NCBI GenBank assembly: GCA_009103225.1
Contig: RHPI01000890.1
Span: 275,579 to 339,578, forward strand
Origin: Chlorokybus atmophyticus
Lineage: Eukaryota > Plantae > Mesostigma and Chlorokybus algae
Direction: 5' to 3'
Length of the DNA: 64,000 nucleotides
Below are positions 14,256 through 27,476 of the stretch, one piece after another. Made by a program: the position numbers and the translations under genes. How positions within the stretch are numbered: the first letter of the stretch is position 1; each line of letters begins with the position of its first letter. The notes under the pieces were generated by a model. It ran no database searches and was not told the origin of the DNA. It saw only the letters and a program-made list of their open reading frames with translations.

Positions 14256-15795
14256 TATTGAGACTTGATGGCGGTGCATATACATGCGAGAATGGACATG
14301 TAGATGCATGCTGTTATTCATGCTCACGCATATCGTCACACATGCACACACATGCCAGACAAGTTGATATGTACACTTGCTCACGCGCGTGCGTGCACGC
14401 CGACACGTGCACATGAGCAATTTTTCTTCATATCAACAACATCATGCATGCTATAACGCATACTACAATGCATATTATAACTTGTGTTATGAACTTGATC
14501 ACAACATACTCTGCACTCATAAGATTCACGTTGTACATATGCTGTGCACTTGGTTTGCTTATGACATATTTATTTATGTCTTTATAACCACGTTAGTGGA
14601 CTAGAAGTTGAAGGGTATATGGTATTCTTATAACGGGGGTAGACTGTACGTCATTGTCCCACAGTCCCCGAAAACCGAACCAGGGCTGGTGCCGGTCAGA
14701 AACCGGACCAATCATGGTTCTTTGTAAGGACCATCATTGCCTTTACGCACGCTCTTGCCCGTTCATGAAGCCATGGTCCGCAAGCCCAGACCATGGCTGG
14801 TGCACGTGTAATGAGTTAATCAAACCATGTGTGGCGCGTGACCGGTAGTCCTGATCTTGTGCATGCGTTTCGGCCGGATGCAACCGGACCGCAGAAAAGC
14901 AAGAGTGACCATGGTTAGGAGTACGGTTTTGTGACTATGCTTTGGCGGCTAGCTGCAATCAGCCGCAGCAATCAAGCCGCAGCTAACCGCAGTTGGGCCG
15001 CCGCTTATGGCCTGGCGGGCGGCCTGGTGCTCCATACCAAGAGCACCAGGCCACGACGCTGGCCTGGTCAAGAGCTTGGCGGTCGCTTGCTCATAGGCAT
15101 GGCCATGGCTTCCACCAGCGCCGCAGTTGCAAGCCTATTGAACAGCATGCACGAAACCACAAGCACATGCAAACTCCCAAGGCCCCTCATGCAGGCCCGT
15201 GATGACGCTTAGCCACACATACATACCCCTTGCAGCTTACAGCATGCAACAACCATGCATACATGTCAACATGTAGTGGCAATAAACAGCAGATCGGATA
15301 CAGAGTTGATCAGGTAAAATCTCTCAGTTAAAGTACAATAATAATCAAAGTTCAACAAGTACGACAGTACTGAAGCAGCAAACCTCTATGACATAAACCA
15401 GAAATACTGCAACTTCAAGTAGTCCTTGACAAATGTTCATGGACGCCAGCAAAATCAGTGCGACATGCACATGCTGATGAGCACGCACGCGCGCGCAATG
15501 ACACCAACTTCTTACCTGCTGCCCCAGCCTTGTGCTATCTTTACTGTCCTTCTTGAATGATGCGCGCTTGCCCCCTTCAGCTCTCTCCTCTGCTGCTGAT
15601 TAGTGCGCCAACCGGCACCATCATGTACGTGGCGAGCAGGAGTGAGTAGCGGAGCAGGCGCATGCACATGCGCGCATGCTTGAATGTGAGCACGTCACCT
15701 AAGTGGGGTGGGGGCGGACACACACCTGATCACATGCATAGTGTACACCGCGAATTGCTTCACTGGCCAGCGCCGCCTATGAGATGAATGAACGG

Positions 15796-18030
15796 GCTCA
15801 TAGGCCGCACAGGTTAGTGCGGCCTATGAGCGCAGAGAGAGAGAGAGAGAGAGGGGGGGGGGGGGGGGGGGGTGCAAGTGCTTGCCTGTGCGTNTTCGCA
15901 TGCGCATGGACCAACGCCCACACGTTAATGTGCGTGTGGGCGTTGGTTACTGCCATCCTCACACCCAACCCTTTCAAGCTAAGAATGCGTATTGAAAGTT
16001 GAGCGGGAAAATCTCCGCCGCCATACCTCTCTGTTCCAAGCAACTCGTCTTTGGAGTCGGCAGCATTGCTCAGCGGCTGTTGCCAGCCGCAGCAGCCCTT
16101 TGCAAGCGTGTATTAGGTCACATTGATGGCCGCGGCAACATGCTGCTTGGTGTGTCGTGTGACGCGCGTTGTCTGTGTAAAGGCCTGACAAAGGGGCCCT
16201 GGCTGTCTGCATATCTGCGCGTGCACACATGCTTGTGTGCGTGTGCGTATGCGCATTGCAAAAGGAGGAAGGGGGAGGGGAGTGGGGGAGACACAGCTGT
16301 ATCAACATGCATAACGCCACGCTGGAGCGTCTCATAGGCCGCACTGGTCAGTGTGCGGTCTACGAGCCAGCCTTTAGCAATTGCCTCATAGGCCGCATTG
16401 GTCAGTGCGGTCTATGAGGCGGTCTATGAGCCAGCCTATGCGGCTGCACTATCATATTTAGTAGCCTCACACATGTGTGTACGCACCATTTGTGGGTGCG
16501 TACACACATGTGTGCACGCACCCACAAACTAATGCACACTCATGCGCGTGGGCACACACATACACACATACACACACTCTCATTGCACCTTAAAGGCGGA
16601 GGTCGAGAGCACGGGCAGCTGCAAAGTTAATGCTTGCATGCGCAAAGCGTGCACTGAAAATTCTTTTTGAAAGGGGGCGGCAGCCCGCATACTTGCGCGT
16701 GCACATGACTGCGTGAGCGCAAACACATGCACGTTTGCATGCGCGTGCGTGCATGCTTGTATGTGTGTGCGCATTTTCTTTGAAGAGGAAGAGAACGAGG
16801 AGGGGGGGGGGGGGGGGGGGNCATAATATACACGCTGAATTGCATTGCAGGCCGCATTGGACAGTGCGGTCCATGTGCAAGTTTGCAGCAATAAGCTTAT
16901 AGGCCGCACTAGACAGTGCAGCCTACAAGGCAGTCTATGGCAACCGCCTTATAGGCTGCATTAGACAGTGCGGTCTGTGAACCCCACTCAACCATGATGT
17001 GTATGTGCATGTGTCACGTAGTGCACATGAGCGCAAGCACACGCGCATACGCGTGCGTCATGCATTACTCCCCTCTTCCCCTCCCCCTGCCCTCCCCCAA
17101 TCCTCCGCTGACCATAAGGTCCAGCAGGTGCACCAATTTGCAACGCCCCCAAATCCCGCGCCCCGAGCAGGAGCAGGAGCAACGGGATCCCCCCACGGAC
17201 AGTGACTCCCCGGGTCACCTGTGCAGTGACTGTTTCACCCACATGTGTAAAGCATGATATGTATGTGTATGTGCACGAACAGTCACGTGTACACGCCAAG
17301 CACAGGAGCACGCGAGCTCATATGTGTGCGAGCGCATGCATGCACACTTACACCTTACACGCACATACATGCATACACGCACGCATGGAAATGCACACGC
17401 ACGCACGCGCCTGCAATGTGCGGGTGTACCTCATACACGCATGCACACGTGCTCACTCTCACGCACCTTCCACCAAAAAGATCAAGCAATAGGGAGTGTA
17501 CTTACAATCGTAAGCTTCTTGGGCAACAAAGCCAGCGCGCAGCGTGTGGTTGGTGGTGACCGTGTGGTTGTCGGTGACCGTGACCAGCACAAGCCGCTGC
17601 AGCAACTTAGCTAAAAGGTCTTGCACAAGAACCCCAATGCACACCAATACACAACTCAAAAATGAGCGGATGCATATGCAATTTTGTTGTAAGGCAACTG
17701 TATGTATACTTCGTGAAGGTGGGGCCATACGCATTCTTAAGCGCCAGCTGAGCGTCTGCCTTGGCTCACTCTCACTCGCACCGCGTGTCACCTGGGAGCC
17801 TGTGTGTTACATATACACGACATGATAAAGCACAATTGCAACTACCATACACTGCTGCGCAGTCTATCATAGACTGCGCACTTTTCAAAAGCCACAGGCG
17901 GCTGCCTGGGGAGTACCATGATGGTACTCCCCAGGCAGCCGCCTGTGGCTTTTGAAAAGTATTGATGAGTCATCGCTGCGAATAGCAACTGCCTTATAGG
18001 CTGCACTGGACAGTACAGCCTATGAGGCAA
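15796..18030. repeat. Dispersed family of short hairpin repeats (ATAGGCCGCAC-N6-GTGCGGCCTAT consensus), at least 7 copies
   Basis: Perfect 15-bp-arm copy at 15796-15831. Degenerate copies near 16330, 16385, 16848, 16897, 16948 and 17993. Confidence 0.8.
17856..17960. repeat. Two abutting perfect palindromes (12-bp and 40-bp arms, each with a 1-nt loop)
   Basis: tgcgcagtctat-c-atagactgcgca (17856-17880). acttttcaaaagccacaggcggctgcctggggagtaccat-g-reverse complement (17880-17960). Confidence 0.95.
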
Positions 18031-19789
18031 TTGCTATCGGTCCATAGCCCAACTTCAACAAGTGTGAGATGTGAATGTGAATGTGTGTATATTGGTGCCT
18101 GCGTGCATGACAAAGAGCACATGCTTGCATGCGCATGCGTACGTGGTGCGTTTGCGTGTGCATATACATTTACTTGGCTGAGTGGGTGGGTAGGTGCTGA
18201 AGTAGGTACGTGCATATAGTACTTATGGCTGTCACAGTACAAGCAAACAATTATGTCCGCAAGCTGGACAGGCACTTAGACGCATACAATGTATGCATCA
18301 TACAATGTGCATGTGCGCAAGCTAGCTGTGCATGTACGTACGTTGTATGCTGGTTACAATGCAAATATAACTTGCTAAGCGTGCGATTTCGTCGCAATCT
18401 TCAAAATTACCGTACCGGCCCAACTGACCTCTCATTGCAGGTAGGCAACCACCTGGACAAGCTCCATTTGCACCTAGTGAAGGGGGGGGGGGGGGGGGNN
18501 NNNNNNNNNNNNNNNNNNNNNNNNNNNNNNNNNNNNNNNNNNNNNNNNNNNNNNNNNNNNNNNNNNNNNNNNNNNNNNNNNNNNNNNNNNNNNNNNNNNN
18601 NNNNNNNNNNNNNNNNNNNNNNNNNNNNNNNNNNNNNNNNNNNNNNNNNNNNNNNNNNNNNNNNNNNNNNNNNNNNNNNNNNNNNNNNNNNNNNNNNNNN
18701 NNNNNNNNNNNNNNNNNNNNNNNNNNNNNNNNNNNNNNNNNNNNNNNNNNNNNNNNNNNNNNNNNNNNNNNNNNNNNNNNNNNNNNNNNNNNNNNNNNNN
18801 NNNNNNNNNNNNNNNNNNNNNNNNNNNNNNNNNNNNNNNNNNNNNNNNNNNNNNNNNNNNNNNNNNNNNNNNNNNNNNNNNNNNNNNNNNNNNNNNNNNN
18901 NNNNNNNNNNNNNNNNNNNNNNNNNNNNNNNNNNNNNNNNNNNNNNNNNNNNNNNNNNNNNNNNNNNNNNNNNNNNNNNNNNNNNNNNNNNNNNNNNNNN
19001 NNNNNNNNNNNNNNNNNNNNNNNNNNNNNNNNNNNNNNNNNNNNNNNNNNNNNNNNNNNNNNNNNNGCCGGGGGGGGGGAGCACACAACATCAGCAAGAA
19101 TAGCAGGAAAACAGCAACAACGGCGGCAACAAATATCAACAAAAGCAAAGAAAGAAAGAAAACGACAGCAGCAACAGTCGCTGCTCCCTTTGCAGCGGCT
19201 GTTGCTATGGTTCGCTGCAAGGGAGCAGCGAATGTTGCTGCCAGTACAGCTGCTGTGGTCCGCTGCATGGCCGACAGAGATTGCTTGCTGCACAATAAAA
19301 GCTCCAACTGCACAACAATGATTTTGATGACAAAATCATTGTTGTGCACGCCATGCCATGGTAGGCTACATTAGCAACAGCACCCATGCAGCAGCAACGG
19401 CAGCAAACAGCACAAAGGGGGCAAGCTATGGTTGTCAACCTCGCACTAGGTAAAAACCCTAGCGATAATAGACAGTGACCAGCTCAGTTGTAAGCTTTCA
19501 CATGGTCGCTGCGTGCGGCATAGCGCATAGCATGTGACATTCGTGCTGTGTGCTATCACATTGTTGTTGACCAATAGTGTGGCAAATGGTAGCGCTTACC
19601 GTTTGCAGAATGCTGGTAAGCTGCGCCGTCAGCACGCTGGCCCCATCTCCGCCGCCTCCAGCTTGTGGGCGGCAGCAGCCAACGCTTGGGATAACTCCAG
19701 CCGGCAAGGCGATGCCTGCGGTTGTCTGGCCGGCTTAGCATGGACTTATCTTAGCTTGATTGGTGATGTGTCCAAGTCGCGGCGGCACT

Positions 19790-20230
19790 AGCCTTGGTTC
19801 GTACGCTGAGTGTCTGTAAACCGTGCATGCCATGGGTACCATACTTGGTACGCACGGTCGTACTCGCTTGCACCAGCTTTGGCCCCCTGTTGTGCATCAC
19901 TTGTACCAGTGCTGCTGTGATTTGCAGGTCGCGTGCGTCGTGACCAGCCCTGGTCCTACCGTGCAATGCCTATGCCGTACCAGTGCTGTACCGGTCTGCG
20001 AGCTACGAGGCACGCGACCAGCCCTAGGCCAATCCTACGGACCATATTGGCGGGCTCCGGGGCCGGACCACCGGTGGTCCGGTTGCGCCGGATCAGTCGC
20101 GGCACTGGTACGCTAGAATGTACCAGACGTGGTCTGCGAGCCGCGTACGAGCCTGTGTATATGGGGCATGTGGCTCCCCCTATGGCAGCGACTTTTGCTG
20201 CCGTAGCCTGGTTAAGGCGCCGATGTTACA
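19790..20230. repeat. GC-rich block of short GGACC/GGTAC motifs and palindromes, probably a non-autonomous element
   Basis: Repeated ggtacg/gtacca/ggacca motifs and the palindrome ggaccaccggtggtcc near 20066. Same style as 11400-11519, 14649-14930 and 59440-59900. Confidence 0.45.
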
Positions 20231-20599
20231 CAAGGGTTTTGAGCGGCTATCCGCGCCCTTATACCATGCACAACACTCACTCTGTGTAGTGCGCACTGCG
20301 AAATAGCAACCAGATGCACAGCAGGGCATGCACACAGTGTACAAGCAGTGTTCAAGCAATGCACAGTCGTTTGCATATATTGTGTGCAAGTAGAAAGCCA
20401 TGGACATCAACAGTATGTACAGACACGACATGTATGCGGGCAGTGAATCTGCTCGCCAGAAATACTTACCCATTACTTACTTGTTGTCGTAGTCATGTGC
20501 TGCTTGCTGAGCGTGTGTGCATCCTTCACTCTTGTCCGTGCTCCACTGATGATCTTCCCAACCTGTGTGCCACCATGTTGTACAACTGCTTGTAATCCG

Positions 20600-22730
20600 T
20601 GTCGTATGCCATGCCTGGCATACTCCACAGCTTGCCCCGTAACCTTCGCAACAATTGTCTCTAAGTATGGCCACGTTGGATCATGTCCCTCAATAAAAGC
20701 ACCATCTTCAATAGCAAATGAGAGCGGTATGTGCAAACTTTGCACTATGTGCAAACTTTGCACATTGAATACGTAAAAAGCAAATGCATTGCGACACAAC
20801 CACTTTCTGTTTTGATGTTCGTGCAGTGTTCGGGTGAGGGTGAGGTGCCCTTCGTGCGGGGATGTCCACATAGGCTTAGCCACGTTTCTTGTTGTAGGCT
20901 TTGGTACAAAGGCCTATACTTTTTAACTGAAAAACACATAAGTCCATGGAAGGCACAAAGGTACCACTGGCAAACTCTACAACAGTAAGCATCTTCTGTG
21001 GGTAAATGCCCCCTGCTAGAGCTATGGGTGACAAGTGCAAAGCCTGCTAAAACTCAGGCACCCCCGCAACAAAGAGAGCATCCACATAACGTAGGATGCA
21101 GAGCAAAGCGCTGCAATAGCACAGGGTCATCGTATGCCGTCAATCTCGAAAAGGCTTTCGATAAAGTTCAGCTCATAAGTGAAAAGCGTGTTATTGGCAA
21201 GGTAAACCCCTGCTGCATTGCTCATAGCAATGCTAATTTGTTGTCTGTACACATTGTCAGCACTTGTGTGCACGACCAAGTTTGCCAACAAAAATTGCAA
21301 CATGTCATGCAACTGCACAGCAGTGAAAGTGCGTGTTGTGCCCTATGTGTCAGTAGCAGTACTGCCACAAACCCATTTGTTGTTGACTTCCCTTTGAGAA
21401 CAGTGATGTGGAGGTGGGTGGCTCAATGTAGGGAGTGCACCCTGGCAAACGCTTCGTGACCAGCTGGCACATATGCCGGGTGAGAACCTATTGCTGTAGC
21501 TTGGTGTAGAGGCTTGTGAAGTCGAGTGTGTGTACAGTCAGAAGTTGTTTGTCATTGCGTGACCTTGTTGTGTTTATGTAATGCTGCAACCGTTGAAACG
21601 CTGTTAAATCGTCGATGATCCAACTGGCTTCGACTGCTGGTAGGCCTTCAGCATCCTGCCACAAGACATCCCGGATGTGGGCCACCAGGTCAGCTATATT
21701 GTTGTATATCCTTGTCAACCAGTCACTAGCATCTGTCGAAGTGGTCTTGTAAGTTGCTGCGATGAAGTGTGGTGCGAGTGGCGTCTTGTGTTACTTGATG
21801 GTTAGGTAGAAATGAGGTAAATGCACTGCCAGGTCAACGGATGAAGTAACAGAGTCATGCTGAGAGTTGTATTGTGTGTGTCGTTGCAGAATGTCCTGCA
21901 AGCTGTCACTTTGCAGCTAATAAGTATCAGTATTCAATTTTGCCCACATGAGTTGCAAATAGAAGGCTATGCACACCACAACAAAGGTGCCTGCACACTT
22001 ATCTACTTTAATGATGCTAATGTGGAGTTTCAGCTCTTTTACTGCAACTTGCGCCACACTATCCATCTTGTAAGCCTGCAAGTTAGTGCCAGGCAATAAG
22101 TGCATGCGTGCAATGACTGTAGACAACACCTCTGCTATGAATGTTTGCACCCAAGGTTGGAGCAGTCCCGGCTGTCAGCGTTTGAGTTCTTGAGCCTCTG
22201 CAAATTGCTTAGGCTTCTATTGCTCATGTATGCCTTTGCGTACTACCGGCATACACACGGACACATCTGCTTTTATTGACGTGCGAAACTTAGTACCGCA
22301 ATTGAGCAATGTCTGCAGGATTTGTGACCCAGCAATGCTACAATCACACGATCACATGCTGCAATGTTGTGTGCACAAGCGCAGTGTATGCATGTGCATC
22401 ACAAGCACATGCAAACTCATCTTGTTGTTGGGTTGTGGTCGTTGTTGCCACTTACAAACGGATGCACTGATGACTTTCTCAAGGTGGCGTCAAACTTCCA
22501 TACCACCCACGTGTCTTTCCAAGTTTGTTGCATAGTTTGTGGGATGATTGCCCGCACCCGTTCACCTGCCAGAGCAGTTTGCAAGTACATAGTATCTACA
22601 GCTTGGTTAGGGAACGCACAAGTCATCAGCTGTGCACCCCGTTGTTGATTAACTATGGGTGTATTCGGCACATCAGTTAGGAGAAAATCCACCACGCAAT
22701 ACATACCATCATACATACGTGCCACCGTGG
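20600..22730 (-). mobile_element. Decayed Penelope-like element (PLE) reverse transcriptase, copy 1 (boundaries approximate)
   Basis: Ordered PLE-RT motifs across stops and frameshifts: LLNCGTKFR; IIKVDKCAGTFVVVCIAFY; LPHFYLTIK*HKTP; TLDFTSLYTKL; VYRQQISIAMSNAAGVYLANNTLFTYE; LRYVDALF (degenerate YxDD). Confidence 0.78.
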
Positions 22731-22959
22731 TGGTGACCAGCGGGCTACATCCATACAGTGCACCACTAACAGCCTTACAACTACACCTAGCAGTTACCTA
22801 CCTATTCACCACCCCCGTCAGCCATGCATAGGGCACAACACAGTAGGTACTAATAGCATGCATGGCAACACGCGAGGGATAGACTGGACGTGCAACCACC
22901 GTCGTCGCATGGTAGCTAACCGCAGCAACCAATCCCGCTCACAACATCGACAGGTAGAT

Positions 22960-24150
22960 ATCGATTGCATGTTTTACACAAAAACTTCGTACGGACCGCA
23001 GTAGTAAATGCTCAGGCAATTTTGTCATCGTATGTGAAAAATACTATCTGCAAAAATTATATGAAGAATTGGAACGGTTGCCAAACCCTACGTATATGCT
23101 GTACATACTACAAGGACAAACACACACGCAGCACGCCACAAATACTGGCGCAAAACCTCATTCACCAACACCGGAATAATACGCGTTTTGCATCTAAGCA
23201 CTATTCCAAGCTGCCCCATATATACCTTACATGGAAACTACATAAATACCCAACTAAACCATGGTTTATAGCAGCAGCATTTTGAACTACGCTCTCCACA
23301 GCTTCGCAATGGTTGACTAAAGTGTATAAAGCTTTGGCACCCATTGCGGATGCCTGTTGGGAGCAACAGTTGTTAGACACGGGTGTTCAACTTACAACTC
23401 AACTCGTAGGTGACGACGGATACTTCATCTTTTACAAGATCAACACATCTATATAATACTATTACTCCCTAGCCCATTAAGCAGCAAATGAACTCAGTGC
23501 TAACGACGTTTGACTTCACGACATTATATACCACCATCCTCCTGCAAGAGTTAAAGTCACAGACGCATACGTCAACATGATGTTCAGTTTCAAGCACGAT
23601 ATCATTGGAATGAACGGTCTCGGGGTAGTGACAGAGCAGCAAGAGACCACGATGAAATGGCATAACACACAAACGCAACCAAGCCCAAACAGTAGGTAGT
23701 TTATGGTACAACCCTTCCAGAAATTCTGAATTTCGCCTTAGACAACTTGTTTGTGCAGAGTGCATCGAATGCATTGTTTAAACAAGTGGTAGGTATTTTG
23801 ATGGGCAATAGTGCGAGAGTTTTTTTATCCAATGATTTTTTATATACTTTAGTGAGTTGGTAGATTAATAGCCACATGGCGATTAAATCTCGTCGCATTG
23901 TATGCCAACAACACTACTCAGATCTGTGGACGGTCTTTTTGTACTCAACATACCAAGCCTTCAAGCAGTCGTGTATCAAGGACCTACAGTGCTAGTGGGA
24001 AGAATTTATCCACGCCACATGTTAGAGTTGTCCATGACACAGCAAGCATACAGCGTGGAATTGCATTATTTTAGCATCAGTCCGTTGGTATATGTACTAC
24101 GTTTTATTCCAAGCGATCGCTGCTAGCGTATGCACACATTCCGATTCGTA
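22960..24150 (+). mobile_element. Decayed Penelope-like RT, copy 2, divergent from copy 1 (boundaries approximate)
   Basis: SKCSGNFVIVCEKYYLQKLYEEL; KLPHIYLTWKLHKYPTKPWFIAA; TTFDFTTLYTTI; GILMGNSA; RSVDGLFVLN. Multiple stops and frameshifts. Confidence 0.78.
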
Positions 24151-26569
24151 ATTGACCCCACCCACAGTCAGACTTGCATAAACGGTGTAAACAGGGAGTG
24201 GTGTGGCCACAATGTGTACGTTTCAAGCGGTTGTGCACTTTCAACTCCGACTTGGTGGCAGCTATGTCATCCCTCATTACACGCATGCGTGCTGAAGGTC
24301 ACAGTAAACGTCAGTTGTTGAGAGTTTGCTCAAAGCACGAATGTTCATAGCTAATGACTTGTGGCATGGTCGTATTGCACAATACATGTATCATGCCGCC
24401 ATGCGTGCATGCACAGAGTGAGGGGAGCGTGCAAACGCCCTCGCCAAAAAGACAGGTGTTTGCTTAAACACCACCTATACACTAGAGATTTGCAACGCTA
24501 TGTGGTCCTGCTGCTGTACTAACACCTGCTGCATGCTTGCAACACCTGTCTCAAATGTACAACTGACTGCCTGTGTTGCTATTGCGTGCTTACACATGAC
24601 TACTCACTGTGCTGTCCTACTCACTAGTGCACATGACTTGCACATGACTTGCAGACAGTCGCCATCAAGCTCGCACGCCACCCCATTCACTACTCGAGAC
24701 TCCGGAGGCCACAGCCAGACCTTGCCCACTTCCGCAAGGTCTGACTGTGGCGCTGCTTTGGCAGGTGGGGCGCTTGTCTTGTCTTGCTCTGCCCCTGCTC
24801 GTTGGGCGTGCTGCTGTTGGGCCCAAGCAGCACGCCATTGTGGTTATTGCCGTTGTTGTTCTTGCTGCCTGCTTGCTGCTACTAACGACTAACACTGCTA
24901 GTGGTGGTGGACAAGCAAACCCTACCGTTGTTGCTGCTAGTTGCCCCTGCTGTATGCCCACACATGCGTCACATCAGTGTTATTGCATATGCTATCAAGG
25001 CCGGGTGATTACCTGCAGCAAGGACGAGTACGAGCAGCAGTGTCAGCCCAGGCAACAACGGCCCACAGTGGTTGTGGTGGTGGTTGATGAGCAAGCAGCG
25101 TGCAAATGTGCCCCTCCTCCCACGCCTCTCTCTCTCCCCCCCCCCTGACGCCTCCTCTCTCCTCCTCCCACCCCTCTGTCTCTCCTCACGCCTTCTCTCT
25201 CATCCCGCGCCTGTGTTCGCGGCAGGATTCTGTAATGACTTTTCGCATATTCTACACTATCAAACGTTTTATTGCTGCTGATCTTATAAGACATGATAAC
25301 ATTACTACAACCCAACAACAGTAACAGGCTATTGCCAACAGAACGAAACAGTTGCTAGAGACAGAACCACCACACCACGAAAGCAACAACATCTACGTGT
25401 TCCTTTCACTATAGCTACTATTCACGCTACTGCTGTTATTACCCTGTTTAGGAGGCTGTTGTAACATGAGCCACAGGGGTCATAACAGCCTGAGTTGTTA
25501 CTACTTGATTGCAATACGCGTGTAACCAAATTTGCCAGCTTGGCATTGAGGCTGCCTTTAACTGTACCGCTACATTGTTGAAGGGTATACCACTTTGAGA
25601 ACGACATGCATGTTCCAACACTGACATCTTTTAGCAACACAAAGTGTTACACTACAAGCAATAGACAAACATGTAACTGAATTAGATCATAAGCAGTGAG
25701 ACGTTGAATTTACATGCTAAACACTGCAATGGCAGTGCTCTCCAGAAGTAATGTGGAGTCATCAAGCAACATCCAAGGTTCAATGACATCCAAATTCGGC
25801 CACAAGCATTGTCCGACCTCCAAAGTCCATCCAGCGCGGCAACAAAGAGCTACCTGTCAAGAGTCAAGGCATCTATTTCAGCCCTGCAAACTCCTAGTGT
25901 CCACAGCACAGGCACAAGAGGTTCGGAACTGAACAGATTGTTTCTTTTGCACAGGTGATACCACGGAAGCAAAGCTGTGGATTTGCTCAGCTTCCGCTTG
26001 GAACCTGTGCCATGGTCGCGACCACATGCGTGCAACCAAAATGATAACATGTTGCAAGCATGTGGGCTGACGGCGAGGCAAATTCCTAGCACACAACCAC
26101 AGTCACGCAACAACACTTGTCTGTGGTCATACCTTGCAATCAGGGGTAGGAACCGTCCCCTTTGCCAATGGCCATGTACCCGCTGGCGCGCCAGCGGCCC
26201 AGATGCCTGCCTCAAAGCTACAAACATCTTCAATATGGAACCCACTCCAAGCTTCAGGCCTGGAGGCATAAGTTTCAGGCCTGGAGGCAACCCATAACGC
26301 TGGACAGCCACCATGCAAGGATGTTGCACCAGGAACCCCCTCATAACGACGTTGCATCAACAAAGGACCGTCATCAACCTGTACCTGGGCCATGTGGTTC
26401 TCCTTTCTGGTGACAAGCATGCAACACTTGTAAACGCTGCGCTCAAGACATCGTGCTTGGAAACTTGCGCTGGACCCAACCAAAGTCACTCAAAGGCCAA
26501 ATCTGTTGCAAGACAACAGAAGCCAGCAGCCTCAGTTAATGGGATCCACCAACTGACGCAACGTCCAGA

Positions 26570-27476
26570 TCACATCAAACACTCCGGCAATCCCATCCTC
26601 ACCCGAAGCATTACGCGGCCATCAATGAGGGCATAAGGAACGGGTCCATAGTCCCGTGAGTCGGTGGAGTTCAGTTTGTTATCCCCTTGCAGCCATACAT
26701 GTCCCTTGGGTATCTGTGCAGTAAGCAGAGGTAAGGCCAGCAATACTGGCAATCCACATTCGGTTGCCAGCACAAACGACTGCATCCAGTGTCGCACCGT
26801 TATGCGGCGAGGCGCCTGCCCTCTCGGCTCAACTAGTATTCTGTCTCCTTCCTGCAAAACAGGCAAGCGCATTGTTGAAAACACAATTGAGAACATGAGC
26901 TGCGCAATGGTAGCACCAACAGACTGTGCACAGCAAACACTGGCGCATGAACAATGTGATTGTGATCTATCAGCTACGAATCTCTGACCAACAATGCAGT
27001 CAACACAGTAGTGTAGTGTAAGCGAGTGAATGCCGTATTGAAGTTGTTGTAAACGCGACTGATCTAGTGTCCAACAACAACGAAACAGGTTTTACGTTGA
27101 GATGATGCACCTCTCACCCAGTGACAAGTAGCAGGCAGAGTTTCTCGCAATATAGTCGCACGTGTGGACATGCGGTAGTGCAAATGCGTACCTTTGCAAG
27201 CAGGCGCTTGAGTAGAACGTCGGTGGGGTTCCAGGGAGAGCGGGCGACGACGACGTCCCCCGGGGAGAGGCGATTAAGGCGGGGGGCGACGCGGTCGATG
27301 AGGACGAGATCGCCGGCGGCATTGAAAGTTGGAAGCATGCTTGGCCCAGTGCAGACGGTCAGAGTGAGCAGGTACGTGCTCATGCAGTGCAGCGAAGCGA
27401 AGGCGTTGGCGTACCGCACCGCCCGCCCCGACGCATCCGCCCACCACGGCCCCAACAACGCCCTGCCCCTCGCCAT
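26570..27476 (-). CDS. IMP1: Mitochondrial inner membrane protease subunit 1-like (S26 signal peptidase family); 3' end uncertain
   Basis: Catalytic Ser box GPSMLPT, Lys box VLLKRL, and IPKGHVWLQGDNKLNSTDSRDYGPVPYALIDGRV, split by GT-AG introns. Confidence 0.88.

Larger units (their letters stand above)
11522..14646 (+). mobile_element. pogo/Tigger-type (Tc1/mariner superfamily) DNA transposon, full length
   Basis: 21-bp TIRs caatttacccccgttaaaaga (11522) and reverse complement cagtctacccccgttataaga (ending 14646), 3 mismatches. TA on both sides (11520-21, 14647-48). Encloses a CENP-B/DDE_1 transposase. Confidence 0.88.

Noticed and set aside
18210-19349. Long ORFs with poly-X (also at 13272-13656 and 61400-61997)
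   Set aside because: Open only because they cross N-gaps.
24665-25324. Cys-rich/hydrophobic small ORFs as a secreted peptide gene
   Set aside because: Low-complexity GTT/GCT/CT-rich sequence gives similar ORFs in several frames, with no convincing splice structure or motif.
25850-26489. Separate gene downstream of IMP1
   Set aside because: No recognisable domain. It could be a 3' exon or UTR of IMP1, and the short duplication ttcaggcctggaggca explains the apparent repeat.
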